Shown: piece after piece, positions 10,356 to 20,891 of the stretch | Layout of the letters: the number at the start of each line of letters is the position of its first letter | Position numbering within the stretch: the stretch's first letter is position 1 | Origin: Candidatus Brocadiia bacterium | Lineage (GTDB): Bacteria; Planctomycetota; Brocadiia; SM23-32 | Direction: 5' to 3' | DNA length: 64,000 bases | NCBI GenBank assembly: GCA_046538485.1 | Contig: JBKHIT010000005.1 | Location: forward strand, 1-64,000 | Notes under the pieces: model-generated | Database searches by the model: none | Told to the model about the DNA's origin: nothing | The model's input: the letters and a program-made list of their open reading frames with translations, nothing else | Program-made: the position numbers and the translations under genes

Positions 10356-10486
10356 GTGGCACAGGCTCTCGAGCCTGTGGTCGTTGCCGTTTGCCGTGTT
10401 TGTGATTTTGTCTTTGTTGTTTTGTATTTTGTGGACGACAGTCCGGGTCTAACGACCCGGTCCACAGCCTGGAGAGGCTGTGCCAC
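10356..10486. repeat. inverted REP doublet (GTGG-foot palindromes, family B)
   Basis: GTGGCACAGGCTCTCGAGCCTGTG (10356-10379) faces CACAGCCTGGAGAGGCTGTGCCAC (10463-10486). The spacer is also repeated at 14641-14741. Confidence 0.85.
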
Positions 10487-10785
10487 ATGCTTTTGTCGGC
10501 CCAACAGCGAGATTGCCGCGGCGCCCCGCTGAGCGGAACGCCTCGCAATGACATTTGTGAAGCTGGACGGCTGAAGTAACGCAGGCTAAATGCAGCCTTG
10601 TGTCGCGGGTGGGAGAGATTGAGCGGATAGAAACCGCGCCCACCCCGAGATCGGTCCCCGCGGGACAAGCCGGCAGGGGCGGGGGATTTATGACGTTCCC
10701 ATGGCTGGTCCACTCAATCTATGCCTCCTGTCACTCAATGTGACAGGGGGGCACGTCCACCGTTTCCAAGAAGGGCGAACCAAAG

Positions 10786-10904
10786 TTCAGAACGCGGCAC
10801 AACTGGGGCGAATCTGTGCGCACCGTGACATGTCTCAGCCATTGCCCGTCTCAAGTCCAGTTTCGCCCGCGGGGCGTGCTCATCTGAACTCGAGTCTCGG
10901 TTCC
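10786..10904. repeat. family A element, copy 2
   Basis: ttcagaacgcggcacaa...gcgcaccgtgacatgtctca...gcccgtctcaagtccagtttcgcccgc...ctgaactcga shared with 4387-4518. Confidence 0.85.
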
Positions 10905-11065
10905 GCGCGAGCGGACAGTAACCCACTCCCGCGAGGACGGGATGGGGATCCTTAGTGTTTCAAACTACACCACGAGATAAGACACTCGATTGACCGTGTT
11001 TTCCGCAAAACGGCAATGAAAGCGGCGGCATCTGATTCCGTTGCTCTTGCGCGCCATCAGTTCTT

Positions 11066-11094
11066 TTGACGCCAGACGGGGGGAGCTCTACCAT
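11066..11094 (+). promoter_or_regulatory. putative sigma70 promoter for the 11140 operon
   Basis: TTGACG-N17-TACCAT, followed by AGGAGG RBS before GTG at 11140. Confidence 0.55.
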
Positions 11095-11139
11095 GAAAGG
11101 GCCGAATACGGATTTTCACCGGGCTTTTGAGAGGAGGAT

Positions 11140-14100
11140 GTGGCGGTGAACGGAAACAACAGGAATTGGCCGTGGGTCGTGATGCTGCTGTGCACCTTCG
11201 TTCTGGCCCTGCCGGTTTTGTCAGGCGTCGGGGAAACTGCTGAGAAATCCTATCGTTTCCCGAGAGCTATCGTGCCATTTGTCGGAAAATCACCCCCGAA
11301 AATCGACGGTCATATTCATGAAAACGAATACAAAAACCTGTCGGCCATCAGCGGAATGGTGACATGGGGCGGGGCCGGCGGCGGGCTCAAGACGATCGTC
11401 CCTCGTATCCAGCAGGTCGTCTGGTATCTGGGCTACGATGACAAAAATCTCTACATCGCGATGGATTCACCCAATCCGCCCGGCGTCTGGCCCCTGGCCC
11501 GCACCAAGCGGGACGACAGCGGTCGAATACTCTGGGACGACCATACGGAGATCCAGATCGCCAAGCGGCGCGACAAAGCCACCTTTCCCGGACATGGTTT
11601 CTACAAGATCATGGCTAATGCGCGCGGCTATTGCACAGATGAATGGTTTCATAATGGAACTCCCGGCACGGAAAGGGAATGGTCCATCAGCGGGCCCCTC
11701 GAATGTTCGGTGACCAAAGAACGCTGGCAGCTGGAGATGGCCATCGATCTGCGCGCTTTTGAAGAGAAAGACCTGGAAGGCAAGACCTGGGTGCTACAGC
11801 TGCTGCGGGCCGATAAGCCCGGCGGCACATATTTCGCCGGCTGGGTCGGCGAAGCCTGGATGTCGTGGAACAAATTCGGACAGGTGACGTTCGATCCGGC
11901 AGCCCCGGTTTTCCGGTTTCTGAAAACCGGTCAGCTCGCGCGGGAAAAAATGGATCTGAAGATCGAGATTGTCGGCCAGACGGAGAAAAAAATCCCGGTA
12001 ACCACACGGGTAAGAGTGACAGACGGCGAGGGCGAAGAAATCTACAACGAAGAGAAATCCGTGAATGCGCTCGAAGGGGAGATAGCTGCTATCACTTTTA
12101 CGGAAGATCTTGCCCTCACAAACCGCGGCAATACCATCGAGATCCTCGCCACCTACAGCCCGGAGGACGGTGGCGATCGGGTTCTCTATCATTTCAGGGC
12201 TCCCGTGATCAAGCACACCGAGGAATTTTGGAACAGACATATCGGTCCGTGGCTCGCGGGACGTCCGAAAGGCGATCTGGCCTGGAATTTTGCCTGCTGG
12301 CCCAGCTACGGCGTCGCCAAAACCAGTGTGGATACCGACTTTTTCGGCATCAAAGACGAACTCGCCAACGCCAGTGAATTTGAAGTGTCGGTATCAGAAA
12401 AGGGGAATAATAAGACGGTTGCGAAAAAGCGAGTTGCGCTCAAGAACCGGAAAGCGCAGATGATTCTGAAGAATCTCGACCTTCCCAAAGGCGATTATAA
12501 GGCCGTTCTCCGCGTCTATGGGGCGGACGGGAAAAAAGTGGTCGACAAACGGGACCTTGATTTCGTGCGGCGGCATTATGAATGGGAGGGTAATACCATC
12601 GGCGAGGAGAACAAGGTCCTTGCACCTTTCGATCCGATTGAAACGGACGGGAACACCGTCAAGGTGTGGGGCCGACAGTACGAGATTGGTGAGGATTGTC
12701 TTCCGAGCAAGATCGTGGCTGACGGCGGGGCGGGCCCGGAAAATATTCTGACCGGGCCCATTCGGTTACGGGCCATGGCCGATGGCAAGGAGCTGGACAC
12801 CGGGATGGGGCGTGTTGATGTAAATTCAACCCCGGCTAAAGCCCGGATAAGTGCCGGCGGGAAGGCTCAGAACCCCTTCTACGCTCCGTCCGCGTGGATT
12901 GAATTCGATGGATGGTACAACGTGACCCTGAAAACTGACGTTGCCCCAAACGCGAAATCTGTCGATCGGCTGACACTTCACGTGCCACTCTGGAAGGATG
13001 CCGACACACTGTATGTTCAGCGTGGAGGCGATGGGCGGCGCGGGAACTATTTCGGCGCGTTGCCCGAGGGCGAGGGTTGCGTGTGGGATAGCTCTGAGCT
13101 TATCCCGTTCGGAAACTGGGGGAGTTTTGTGCCCATCGTCTTCGTCGGGACCGGCGACAAAGGACTCTGGTGGTTCGCGGAAGAAAACCGCGACTGGACG
13201 ATGAGCAATGAACTTCCGGCCGTCCAAATATTCCGCAGTGAGAATGGCGTGGAACTCCAGATTAATATTTTCGCTGATAAGACTGTGCTCGACCGGCCCC
13301 GTAAGATTGAATTCGCCTTTCTGGTCGATCCGGTCAAAAAGATTCCAGACCGTCGCAAGTGGGGTTGGGGGCGGAAACGCTACGCCCATAACACCTACGG
13401 CTACCGTTACTGGGGACGCAGCGTCGACGGGTTCGAGCAGACCGACGAGGACCTGCGGGAACTCCGTCGCATGCTTACCGATCCGGATTGGAAGATACCC
13501 GACAGGGTCAGCGGCGCGCACTCGGTCGGCCACATCAAGGCCTTCCGAAACCGCCACTACCCCGCCGTGACGGACGGGCAGATGCTCACCCTCTACGGTT
13601 CCACCAGCCTTACCGGCCAGGGCCTGCCGGCCTTCGACACATACGGTGGCGAATGGCTCCGGCGCACCAACTGGGGACCCAGTCCCCAGACCGAGTTCAA
13701 GGGCCGCTGGAACCTCCAGTGCACCTACCAGTGGACTACCCCGCGTGAATTGACGACCGTTGGCGTGAACTTCACCCCCAGCTACGAGGATTGTTTTGTC
13801 TGGCACCACCGGCGCCTGATCGAGAACGTGCCGGTCAACGGCACCTGGTGGGACAACCGCTCCATCACGGTCATCACGGACTACGATCCCGAGCGGGAGG
13901 AGTTCTATCGTCGTTTCAACGTCTTCACCCGTCGCCGGCTGATGAAACGTCTGGCGACCATGGGGTACGAACTGGGTCGCCGACCGTGGTGGATCAACAA
14001 CATGCACGTGGATTGGTCGTTCTGCCAGGTCGCGTGGCATATCGAAAATGATTTCTACATCGATAACGCGGATATGACCCAGCAAGATCAGCTTTCGGTG

Positions 14101-14640
14101 GATGAATTTCGGGCGATGTGTCGGATCAAACGGGGTATTATCCACCGTCTGGCCACGCGCGGACCGGACGGCAACACCGAGCAGATGCGTCGGATGGGCC
14201 GCAGTGCCGTCGCGATGTGCCTCCTGCATGATATCGGCAGTTATCTGTGGGGGCCGGACAAATATTTCGCGCCGGGGATACTGAAAATTATGGACGAAGA
14301 GGTCGGATTTTTCGACGGGGCGGAGTTCATGCCGTATTGGCGTAATGAAAACCTGATCAAGATCGAGACCCCCGGAGTCTATGCCTCGGTCTACCGATCC
14401 AAAGACCGCAAGAAAGCGGTAATAGTGGTTGTGAATGAGCGGCGCGATGATGTGGACGTGCGGTTCAGTGTTGGCCGAATCCTTGGAAAAAAGAAAATCA
14501 AGAGTATCCGCGATGCGGAGACGGGATTTCGTTTCAGGAAACACTGGGACCGCAGGGTTCGGCGGCGTTTCTGGGGAGAACTGGATCCCCACATTTTCGG
14601 AATGCGCGGCGGAGCCGTGAGATTGTTGCTTGTGGAATAA
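11140..14640 (+). CDS. secreted DUF6067-like putative glycoside hydrolase with CBM9-like N-terminal domain
   Basis: Signal peptide. PKIDG..YLGYDDKNLYIA..LWDDHTEI (CBM9-like), WEGNTIG..VLAPFDPI, GLWWFAE, NGTWWDN barrel motif. Paralog of 14815-18654. Confidence 0.6.
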   Translation: MAVNGNNRNWPWVVMLLCTFVLALPVLSGVGETAEKSYRFPRAIVPFVGKSPPKIDGHIHENEYKNLSAISGMVTWGGAGGGLKTIVPRIQQVVWYLGYDDKNLYIAMDSPNPPGVWPLARTKRDDSGRILWDDHTEIQIAKRRDKATFPGHGFYKIMANARGYCTDEWFHNGTPGTEREWSISGPLECSVTKERWQLEMAIDLRAFEEKDLEGKTWVLQLLRADKPGGTYFAGWVGEAWMSWNKFGQVTFDPAAPVFRFLKTGQLAREKMDLKIEIVGQTEKKIPVTTRVRVTDGEGEEIYNEEKSVNALEGEIAAITFTEDLALTNRGNTIEILATYSPEDGGDRVLYHFRAPVIKHTEEFWNRHIGPWLAGRPKGDLAWNFACWPSYGVAKTSVDTDFFGIKDELANASEFEVSVSEKGNNKTVAKKRVALKNRKAQMILKNLDLPKGDYKAVLRVYGADGKKVVDKRDLDFVRRHYEWEGNTIGEENKVLAPFDPIETDGNTVKVWGRQYEIGEDCLPSKIVADGGAGPENILTGPIRLRAMADGKELDTGMGRVDVNSTPAKARISAGGKAQNPFYAPSAWIEFDGWYNVTLKTDVAPNAKSVDRLTLHVPLWKDADTLYVQRGGDGRRGNYFGALPEGEGCVWDSSELIPFGNWGSFVPIVFVGTGDKGLWWFAEENRDWTMSNELPAVQIFRSENGVELQINIFADKTVLDRPRKIEFAFLVDPVKKIPDRRKWGWGRKRYAHNTYGYRYWGRSVDGFEQTDEDLRELRRMLTDPDWKIPDRVSGAHSVGHIKAFRNRHYPAVTDGQMLTLYGSTSLTGQGLPAFDTYGGEWLRRTNWGPSPQTEFKGRWNLQCTYQWTTPRELTTVGVNFTPSYEDCFVWHHRRLIENVPVNGTWWDNRSITVITDYDPEREEFYRRFNVFTRRRLMKRLATMGYELGRRPWWINNMHVDWSFCQVAWHIENDFYIDNADMTQQDQLSVDEFRAMCRIKRGIIHRLATRGPDGNTEQMRRMGRSAVAMCLLHDIGSYLWGPDKYFAPGILKIMDEEVGFFDGAEFMPYWRNENLIKIETPGVYASVYRSKDRKKAVIVVVNERRDDVDVRFSVGRILGKKKIKSIRDAETGFRFRKHWDRRVRRRFWGELDPHIFGMRGGAVRLLLVE

Positions 14641-14745
14641 GTTGCCGTTCACCGTGTTTGTAATTTTGTCGTTGTTTTGTATTTTGTGGACGACAGCCCG
14701 GGTCTTACGACCCGGTTCACAACCTGGAGAGGCTGTGCCACATGG
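14641..14745. repeat. family B REP unit with shared spacer
   Basis: Near-identical to 10383-10489 (ttttgtattttgtggacgacag..gacccgg..cctggagaggctgtgccacatg). Confidence 0.85.
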
Positions 14746-14814
14746 GTTTTTGTGGCTTTCATTTGCAGAAGGACGCGTAAGGAGGCGTGTCTTATCCATT
14801 ATTTGGGGAAACGT

Positions 14815-17800
14815 ATGAGACAGCACAAAAAACATCAATGTATTCTGAGAGTCACTCTCGCAATTTTCCTGTTTTTCCTGGTGTTATCAAGTCCTGTTTT
14901 CACCGCCGATACGGCATTCTGGGAACCATACGAGCCGGACAAAAAGATGTACGCGCTCCTCCATTTCGATGACAAAGAACTCTCCGCAGCTGAAGGCAAA
15001 ATCAAAGACACGAAAACGATCGGTGATGCAACATACGAACAAAACGGACGATTCGGCGGTGCGTTGCGTGTTTCCGGCAGCGGCAGTCTTCGGGCGATGC
15101 CGTCTTCCATTTTTCCCGGGGGATTCATATCCGTGGAGGCGTGGATCAAACTCGAAAAAACGCCCCAGAAACGCGCATACGTCGTCCAACGACCCGCCCG
15201 CGTGGACCGCAGCGCAAAATATAATCCGCAGAAAGATCTATCGAAGGGTTTCTCGCTCTACGTAGATTCCAAACGGGCTCTCCATTTCACCACCACGAAT
15301 TGCGGATATGGACGGACAGTGCGGACTTCCAGCGGTTCCGGTGCGGTGCCGGTCGGGAAGTGGGTTCACGTGGCGGGAGTGAGCGCCGTTTTCCCGGTGA
15401 AACATCGCAGAATTTACGTGAACGGGGAAGAATTGCGCAGCATTCCCATCACCTGGGGGAAAGGAATCGTTGTCCACAGGGAGGAGGAGAAAAAGCCGAC
15501 TCCGCTGTATATTGGGAACAGTGAGAAAGGGGATGCGGGACTGATTGGGTTGATCGACGAGGTCCGGGTGCACCGAAACATTTTCCGGTTCTGGCCGCGG
15601 GAGGATATGAAATGGGCCGAGGCCAATGATAAACGCGAGATCCCCGATGGACCGCCTTATTTCGTCGAGGTTCACCGACCGCAGCTGCATCTTTCGCTTG
15701 ACGGTGATACCGGCATCAGATCGGCGGCGTTCGAGAAGGCGAAAGTCAGAGCGGAAGGCAAATGGATCGATCGTGGAGTTCGAAAGCAGGCACACGCCGG
15801 CAAAATAACCGTCTCTGCCTCGAAATTGCTCGATCTAGAAGCGGGTTCGGTGGAGTTCTGGATGCGGCCCCTTGATGTCAACAATATCTCCGACCGTAAC
15901 GTCGGATTCATGCGCGCCAACAATGCGTTTACCTTCTACATTTTCAATGGGGGACGTCCCGGGCGGCCACTGTGTTTGTACTTTCGCAAAGCAGACGGCT
16001 CATTGCATTTTGTCAAAGACGGCCTTGGCACGGAGGTCCGGCCCGGGGCCTGGTATCACATCGTGATCAGCTGGAAACGGGACGAAATATGTCTGTATAT
16101 CAACGGTCGCCGGGCGGCGCGCAGCACCGGAGTGCCGCTCGCCCAGCCGCGGAACAAAGGGAGCAGTTCGGCCGTAAGTTTCAATACCTACGCTACCCAC
16201 ACCGCCATCGACGAGGTCTACGTTTACGGTGCATCTCTGATGCCTGAGGAAGTGGCGAACGCCTACTGGCGCTATCTTGATCCGGGGAAACTGAGCCGAA
16301 ATGTGAAACTGGCACCGGTTGACATCGAAGGTATGGTGCTGCCATCACACAACCAGATTTTTTACCGGTTGCGAGCAAACATCCCGCCTGAAAAGATCAA
16401 GAAAGCAAGTGTTTCTCTACGAAATAAAGCCGGGAAAGAACTTGTGGGCGAGGTGGCAAAAGTCATACCTGCTGAACAATCCCTGGAGATCCCTGAGTTG
16501 GAAGAGGGTATCTATCACGTGGCAGTGCTGGTAACGCTCCTCGGCCAAGAGACAGAAGAATCGGATGTGTTCACTTTCGTGCGAAAGTCTTTCCCGTGGG
16601 AGGACAACGAACTCGGAATTAGTCGAGATGTGTATCCACCGTTTGAATCCATCAAAGTGAAAGATTTGCAGGTGAAAGTGGTCGACCGAACGTATCGGAT
16701 CAATGCATTCGGTCTGTGGGATTCCATCGTTTCCCGGGGGCGTGAACTTCTTGCCGAGCCGATTCGACTTCGCTATGCCACGGCCGACGGCGGAGGCAAG
16801 TGGCGTCTGGCAGGAGAGGTGAAAGAGTCCCGTAGAGCAGCTCAAGTTTCCTTTGAAACGAGAGTTGAATCCGAGCCCGTGATCGTCGAAACCAATTCCT
16901 CGATCGAAGTCGATGGATGTATGAAAGTTGAAATGAAGCTGGCGCCGGGTCCGAAACCTGCCGAAATTCAAAAACTCTGGGTAGAAATACCGCTTAAGAC
17001 ACGCGAAGTGCCGCTGATGCATACGGTTGTGGACAGTTTGCGTATCAACCACTCCGGCAGGATACCCGAAGGCCAGGGCGTGATCTGGACGGGCGAGGAT
17101 GCCCGACGCCGCGGCCGCTGGCTCAATTCTTTTGTCCCGTATGTCTGGCTCGGCGCCGAAAAGCGCGGCCTGGCGTGGTTCGCAGAAAACGATAAAGGTT
17201 GGTTTACCGGAAAGAACAAGAACGCTCCGCCCGTTCAGGAAATCGTTCGCGATGGCGAAAAAACCATCCTTAAAGTCTATCTCGTGAATACACCGTCTGT
17301 TATCAAACAGGAACACCGGATTGTTTTTGGCCTTCAGGCCTCACCGACCAAGCCGATGCCCGAGGACTGGCGGGCGAAATTGCCCCATATCCCGGGCGGG
17401 CTCGCGGTTGTGCCGTGGGGCGGATTGCATTGTTCTTACCAGACGCCTTACCGAAACGATTGGAGGATTGTCGACAAAATTGTTGAGGCGCGCCGGAGCG
17501 GGAAGGTTGATCGCGAATGGTTTGCGGAATATGACAGAGAGCACAATCCGCCGCCGCCTCACGGTACCTGGTCCTGGCTCGATAGCGTTCTGCATTTCGC
17601 CGGACGCGCAAAAGGCGCCGGCATAAATCGCCCGATTGCCGTTTATCAGGAAGAAATGGCCGCTTCGCGCCTGCGTGAAGAGTGGCTTACCTACGGGGAC
17701 GAATGGACGACCGGCGCGCACGCTTTCCACGAGAAAAAACTCTCGACTTTGAGCGAAGATGTTCTGCGGAGCGGCGCCAATGCCAATCCGTCACATAAAG

Positions 17801-18654
17801 TTACATTCGTGGATAGCTATCGTGATTTCGGATGCTGGGTGGCGAACGATTGGCTCAAACGAGGCGTCAGTCTCTATTGGGACAATACCTACCCGCATAT
17901 CAGTTACAATTATCGAACCACAGCCGCCTACCGAACCGAGAAGGGGCGTACCCAGCCCTGCACGGTGATCTGGGGACAGCGCGAGTATCAAAAACGCGTC
18001 TGGAACCTGCTCCAGAAGTGGCGACAGAAGCGGGAAGAACCGCTCGAATGGACGCTCCACATGACAAACACGCTCCTTCTGCCGGTGCACACCTGGGGAA
18101 CCGCTGATCTGGATCACGAACTCGGTTCGAAAAAGCCTTTTGCCCCGGCGTGGTTGCGTACGGAAACAATCGGACGCCAGATCGGCAACTATCCGCTCTC
18201 ACTCTATCCGGTTTCCGGCCGGGGGAATCCGATCACGAAAGAGCTGGACGAAAAGAGACGTGCTCGAGTCGAATGGGGAATGCGGGCCGTGCACGAAATC
18301 CAGCGCCAGGGGAATTTAGAAAAAGTGCTCACAGGTTTCGGGTATGCAACCGAACAGGTCAAAGTGCATAATTACTGGGAAGAGGATCCTGCGCTGGTTG
18401 TGGATGCTTCCGACGTCAAATGGCTTCTGCTTGAAAAAACGGGTGCAAAAGAAATTATGATCGTTCTGGCAAGCTGGTCCGAGAAAAAAGTAAAGCCTCA
18501 GATCCGCGTGAATGCGAGGAATCTATCCTTTCAATTCGGGGGATCAATTTTTGATGCGGAATCCGGCGAAATGGTGGCGCGGCAGGGAACCGCTGAATTC
18601 CAGCTTCCCATGGCCGGGCCGTACGGCGTCCGGATACTGAGGACAGCAAAATGA
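14815..18654 (+). CDS. secreted protein with two LamG/ConA-like domains plus a DUF6067-like putative glycoside hydrolase domain
   Basis: Start refined to MRQHKK because the upstream in-frame part is the REP. LamG motifs SVEAWIK, WVHVAG, GLIDEVRV and GSVEFWMRP, WYHIVISW, AIDEVYVY. Also FPWEDNELG, GLAWFAEND, SLYWDN. Confidence 0.65.
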   Translation: MRQHKKHQCILRVTLAIFLFFLVLSSPVFTADTAFWEPYEPDKKMYALLHFDDKELSAAEGKIKDTKTIGDATYEQNGRFGGALRVSGSGSLRAMPSSIFPGGFISVEAWIKLEKTPQKRAYVVQRPARVDRSAKYNPQKDLSKGFSLYVDSKRALHFTTTNCGYGRTVRTSSGSGAVPVGKWVHVAGVSAVFPVKHRRIYVNGEELRSIPITWGKGIVVHREEEKKPTPLYIGNSEKGDAGLIGLIDEVRVHRNIFRFWPREDMKWAEANDKREIPDGPPYFVEVHRPQLHLSLDGDTGIRSAAFEKAKVRAEGKWIDRGVRKQAHAGKITVSASKLLDLEAGSVEFWMRPLDVNNISDRNVGFMRANNAFTFYIFNGGRPGRPLCLYFRKADGSLHFVKDGLGTEVRPGAWYHIVISWKRDEICLYINGRRAARSTGVPLAQPRNKGSSSAVSFNTYATHTAIDEVYVYGASLMPEEVANAYWRYLDPGKLSRNVKLAPVDIEGMVLPSHNQIFYRLRANIPPEKIKKASVSLRNKAGKELVGEVAKVIPAEQSLEIPELEEGIYHVAVLVTLLGQETEESDVFTFVRKSFPWEDNELGISRDVYPPFESIKVKDLQVKVVDRTYRINAFGLWDSIVSRGRELLAEPIRLRYATADGGGKWRLAGEVKESRRAAQVSFETRVESEPVIVETNSSIEVDGCMKVEMKLAPGPKPAEIQKLWVEIPLKTREVPLMHTVVDSLRINHSGRIPEGQGVIWTGEDARRRGRWLNSFVPYVWLGAEKRGLAWFAENDKGWFTGKNKNAPPVQEIVRDGEKTILKVYLVNTPSVIKQEHRIVFGLQASPTKPMPEDWRAKLPHIPGGLAVVPWGGLHCSYQTPYRNDWRIVDKIVEARRSGKVDREWFAEYDREHNPPPPHGTWSWLDSVLHFAGRAKGAGINRPIAVYQEEMAASRLREEWLTYGDEWTTGAHAFHEKKLSTLSEDVLRSGANANPSHKVTFVDSYRDFGCWVANDWLKRGVSLYWDNTYPHISYNYRTTAAYRTEKGRTQPCTVIWGQREYQKRVWNLLQKWRQKREEPLEWTLHMTNTLLLPVHTWGTADLDHELGSKKPFAPAWLRTETIGRQIGNYPLSLYPVSGRGNPITKELDEKRRARVEWGMRAVHEIQRQGNLEKVLTGFGYATEQVKVHNYWEEDPALVVDASDVKWLLLEKTGAKEIMIVLASWSEKKVKPQIRVNARNLSFQFGGSIFDAESGEMVARQGTAEFQLPMAGPYGVRILRTAK

Positions 18655-18664
18655 GGGGAAAATT

Positions 18665-20713
18665 ATGAGATACAAAACCTGGCTTTTGATCACGCTGGCG
18701 TTCGCCTTCGGTTGCACTTCTGTCTCTTCGGGCGAGAAGCAAAAAAAGGAACCCGCAGAAGTTTCCTGCCCGACTCTGCAGGCCACGGTTCCCGTGGGAA
18801 ATCCTCCCGAATGGGCGCTTCTCGAACGTCAGCTCATCGATGCTATGAGCCATGCCGTTGAGCCGTTGCTGGAGAAATATGTCCGGGAGGATGGCACAAT
18901 CCTCTGGCCGACCCGCGAAGATTTCAAGAGCATCGACGGGCTCGACGATGCCTACGAGAGTTTTCACAACTGGCCGCTCTTCTACCTCGCGGGCGGGCAT
19001 GAGAAATTTCTGCGATATTCACACAAAGAGTTCGATGCCATTACCCGGCAGTTCGCCCAATACGGCACCGGAAACGGTTATCCCATGATCGTCAGGGAAT
19101 ACCAGCCCGGCTACGACTGGTTTCATCAGGGCGAAGGGAATTATCTTTTTTACATGCTGTGTCTTGCGGATCCGCATAACGAAAAAAGTATCGGACGGGC
19201 CCGGAAGTTCGCGGGATTTTTTCTCAACGAAGACCCCGACGCGTTGAATTACGATCCCGAGCACAAAATCATCCGCTGCGCGCACAACGGCAGCAAGGGA
19301 TCGGCATTCTGGAATTTCGAAGGCGACCGAATCTGGACGGCCTGGGGTTACGGACTGCCCTTCTACGACGTTCCGGGCGTCGAAACCGTGGACGATCTCA
19401 AGGATCCGGAGAAAATGAAACGGTTCGCCCATGTTTGCCATGAGCGTCGCGGCAAAGGGGATGCGGTCGCGAATCTGGCCTGCACAAGCCTCGTGACAAA
19501 TGCGTATCTCATGACCGGTGATGCCAAATACCGCGATTGGGTTGTCGAATACGTGGACGCATGGATAGAGCGGACCGAGCGCAACGATGGAATTGTGCCT
19601 GACAACGTCGGGCTGAACGGGAAAATCGGGAAACACATGGGAGGACGCTGGTACGGGGCCAATTACGGCTGGACATGGCCTCACGGTTGGAAAAGTTTCG
19701 GGCAGGCCGTCGTTGCGGCGGCCGAAAACGCAACTCTGATCACGAAAGATCTGAAATATGTGGCTTTCCCGCGTTCACAGATGGACGTTCTCATCTCGCA
19801 TGGAATCGAGAAGAAGGGAAAGCTCTACGTCCCGCTCAAACACGGAACGCCGGGTAAGGTGAAATTCAAGCCGTGGCACTGGTTGCCGGTGCTGCGCAAT
19901 GACGACGGGAAAAAGCGCAAACGGGGGATGAGCCCACGGGAATATATCGGGACGGCACTCGAGAAAGATGGGTGGTTCCATTTTGCCCCCGTCCATCCGT
20001 TTTTCATGGCGCATATCTGGAACACGTCGATGAATGCGGAAGATATGAAGAGGCAACAGAAACTGAGTCACCGTAAAGGGAAACAGTCCCTTTCGATCGG
20101 TGCGTGGCATCATACCAAGGACAAAGGGGGCCACGATGGCGGCTGGTTGGATTACATGCGCGGGGAGTATCCCGACTATCCGGTGGAGATTCTGAGGCAT
20201 AACCTGAAACAGGTCTACGGTCGGCTGGCGTTCATGCAGCGGGACAAGAAAGACCCCTCGAAATACGGGGATAGCTATATTCAGAAGCGCAATCCGGTGA
20301 CGATGGAGGGGCTGGTTCAGTTGACGATGGGGGGCCCGCTGCCGGTTTACAACGGGGGATTGTTGATGGTGCGGCTGCGGTATTTCGATCCCGTTCGCCG
20401 GCGGCCGGGTCTTCCGCCGGGCGTGGCGGCGCTGGTATCGAAGCTATCGCAGAAGCGCACGGTGGTTCGGATTCTGAACCTGCACCCATCGGAATCGCGC
20501 AGATTGATGGTTCAGGCGGGGGGTTTTGGCGAGCATGATTTTGGCGAAGTCACATATACGAGACAAAAGGGGCGTCGGCGGAAGAAGGCAAAAGGGAAAA
20601 TTGGGGGGAATCTTTTCCAGTTGAACCTCCCGCCTGCCACGCGGATAGAGCTGGAGTTAGAGACACGGCGTTTCGTCAATCGCCCGTCCTGCGCTCTGCC
20701 GTGGGCCGAGTAG
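18665..20713 (+). CDS. conserved hypothetical lipoprotein, probable (alpha/alpha)-barrel carbohydrate-active enzyme
   Basis: Lipobox AFG-C17. DDAYESFHNWPLFY, YDWFHQGEG, GIVPDNVGLNG, WYGANYGWTWPHG. Aromatic-rich and co-oriented with two putative GHs. Confidence 0.55.
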   Translation: MRYKTWLLITLAFAFGCTSVSSGEKQKKEPAEVSCPTLQATVPVGNPPEWALLERQLIDAMSHAVEPLLEKYVREDGTILWPTREDFKSIDGLDDAYESFHNWPLFYLAGGHEKFLRYSHKEFDAITRQFAQYGTGNGYPMIVREYQPGYDWFHQGEGNYLFYMLCLADPHNEKSIGRARKFAGFFLNEDPDALNYDPEHKIIRCAHNGSKGSAFWNFEGDRIWTAWGYGLPFYDVPGVETVDDLKDPEKMKRFAHVCHERRGKGDAVANLACTSLVTNAYLMTGDAKYRDWVVEYVDAWIERTERNDGIVPDNVGLNGKIGKHMGGRWYGANYGWTWPHGWKSFGQAVVAAAENATLITKDLKYVAFPRSQMDVLISHGIEKKGKLYVPLKHGTPGKVKFKPWHWLPVLRNDDGKKRKRGMSPREYIGTALEKDGWFHFAPVHPFFMAHIWNTSMNAEDMKRQQKLSHRKGKQSLSIGAWHHTKDKGGHDGGWLDYMRGEYPDYPVEILRHNLKQVYGRLAFMQRDKKDPSKYGDSYIQKRNPVTMEGLVQLTMGGPLPVYNGGLLMVRLRYFDPVRRRPGLPPGVAALVSKLSQKRTVVRILNLHPSESRRLMVQAGGFGEHDFGEVTYTRQKGRRRKKAKGKIGGNLFQLNLPPATRIELELETRRFVNRPSCALPWAE

Positions 20714-20845
20714 CCTCCAGGGCATGGACTGCGTCTTTGGTCTCCACAAGAGCAAACATCTTTAACCTCTGCGAGACCTCCTGCGCTCCTGAGTCGATTG
20801 GGCGTGAAATGCGATTTGTGGAATGTCCGGAGTTTTCGGGCCGGA

Positions 20846-20869
20846 TTTGTGGTGGGCCTTCAGCCCACT
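20846..20869. repeat. REP-like palindrome (family G)
   Basis: tttgtggtgggccttcagcccact is a 24/24 inverted match to 42399-42422. Lies between convergent genes. Confidence 0.75.
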
Positions 20870-20891
20870 CACGGGCTTGTAAATGATGGCC

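Noticed and set aside
10313..10955. Several small ORFs in the divergent intergenic region
   Set aside because: They are translations of REP family B and element A.
12826..14838. 670-aa minus-strand ORF
   Set aside because: Antisense shadow of 11140-14640. It starts across a REP and has no recognisable motifs.
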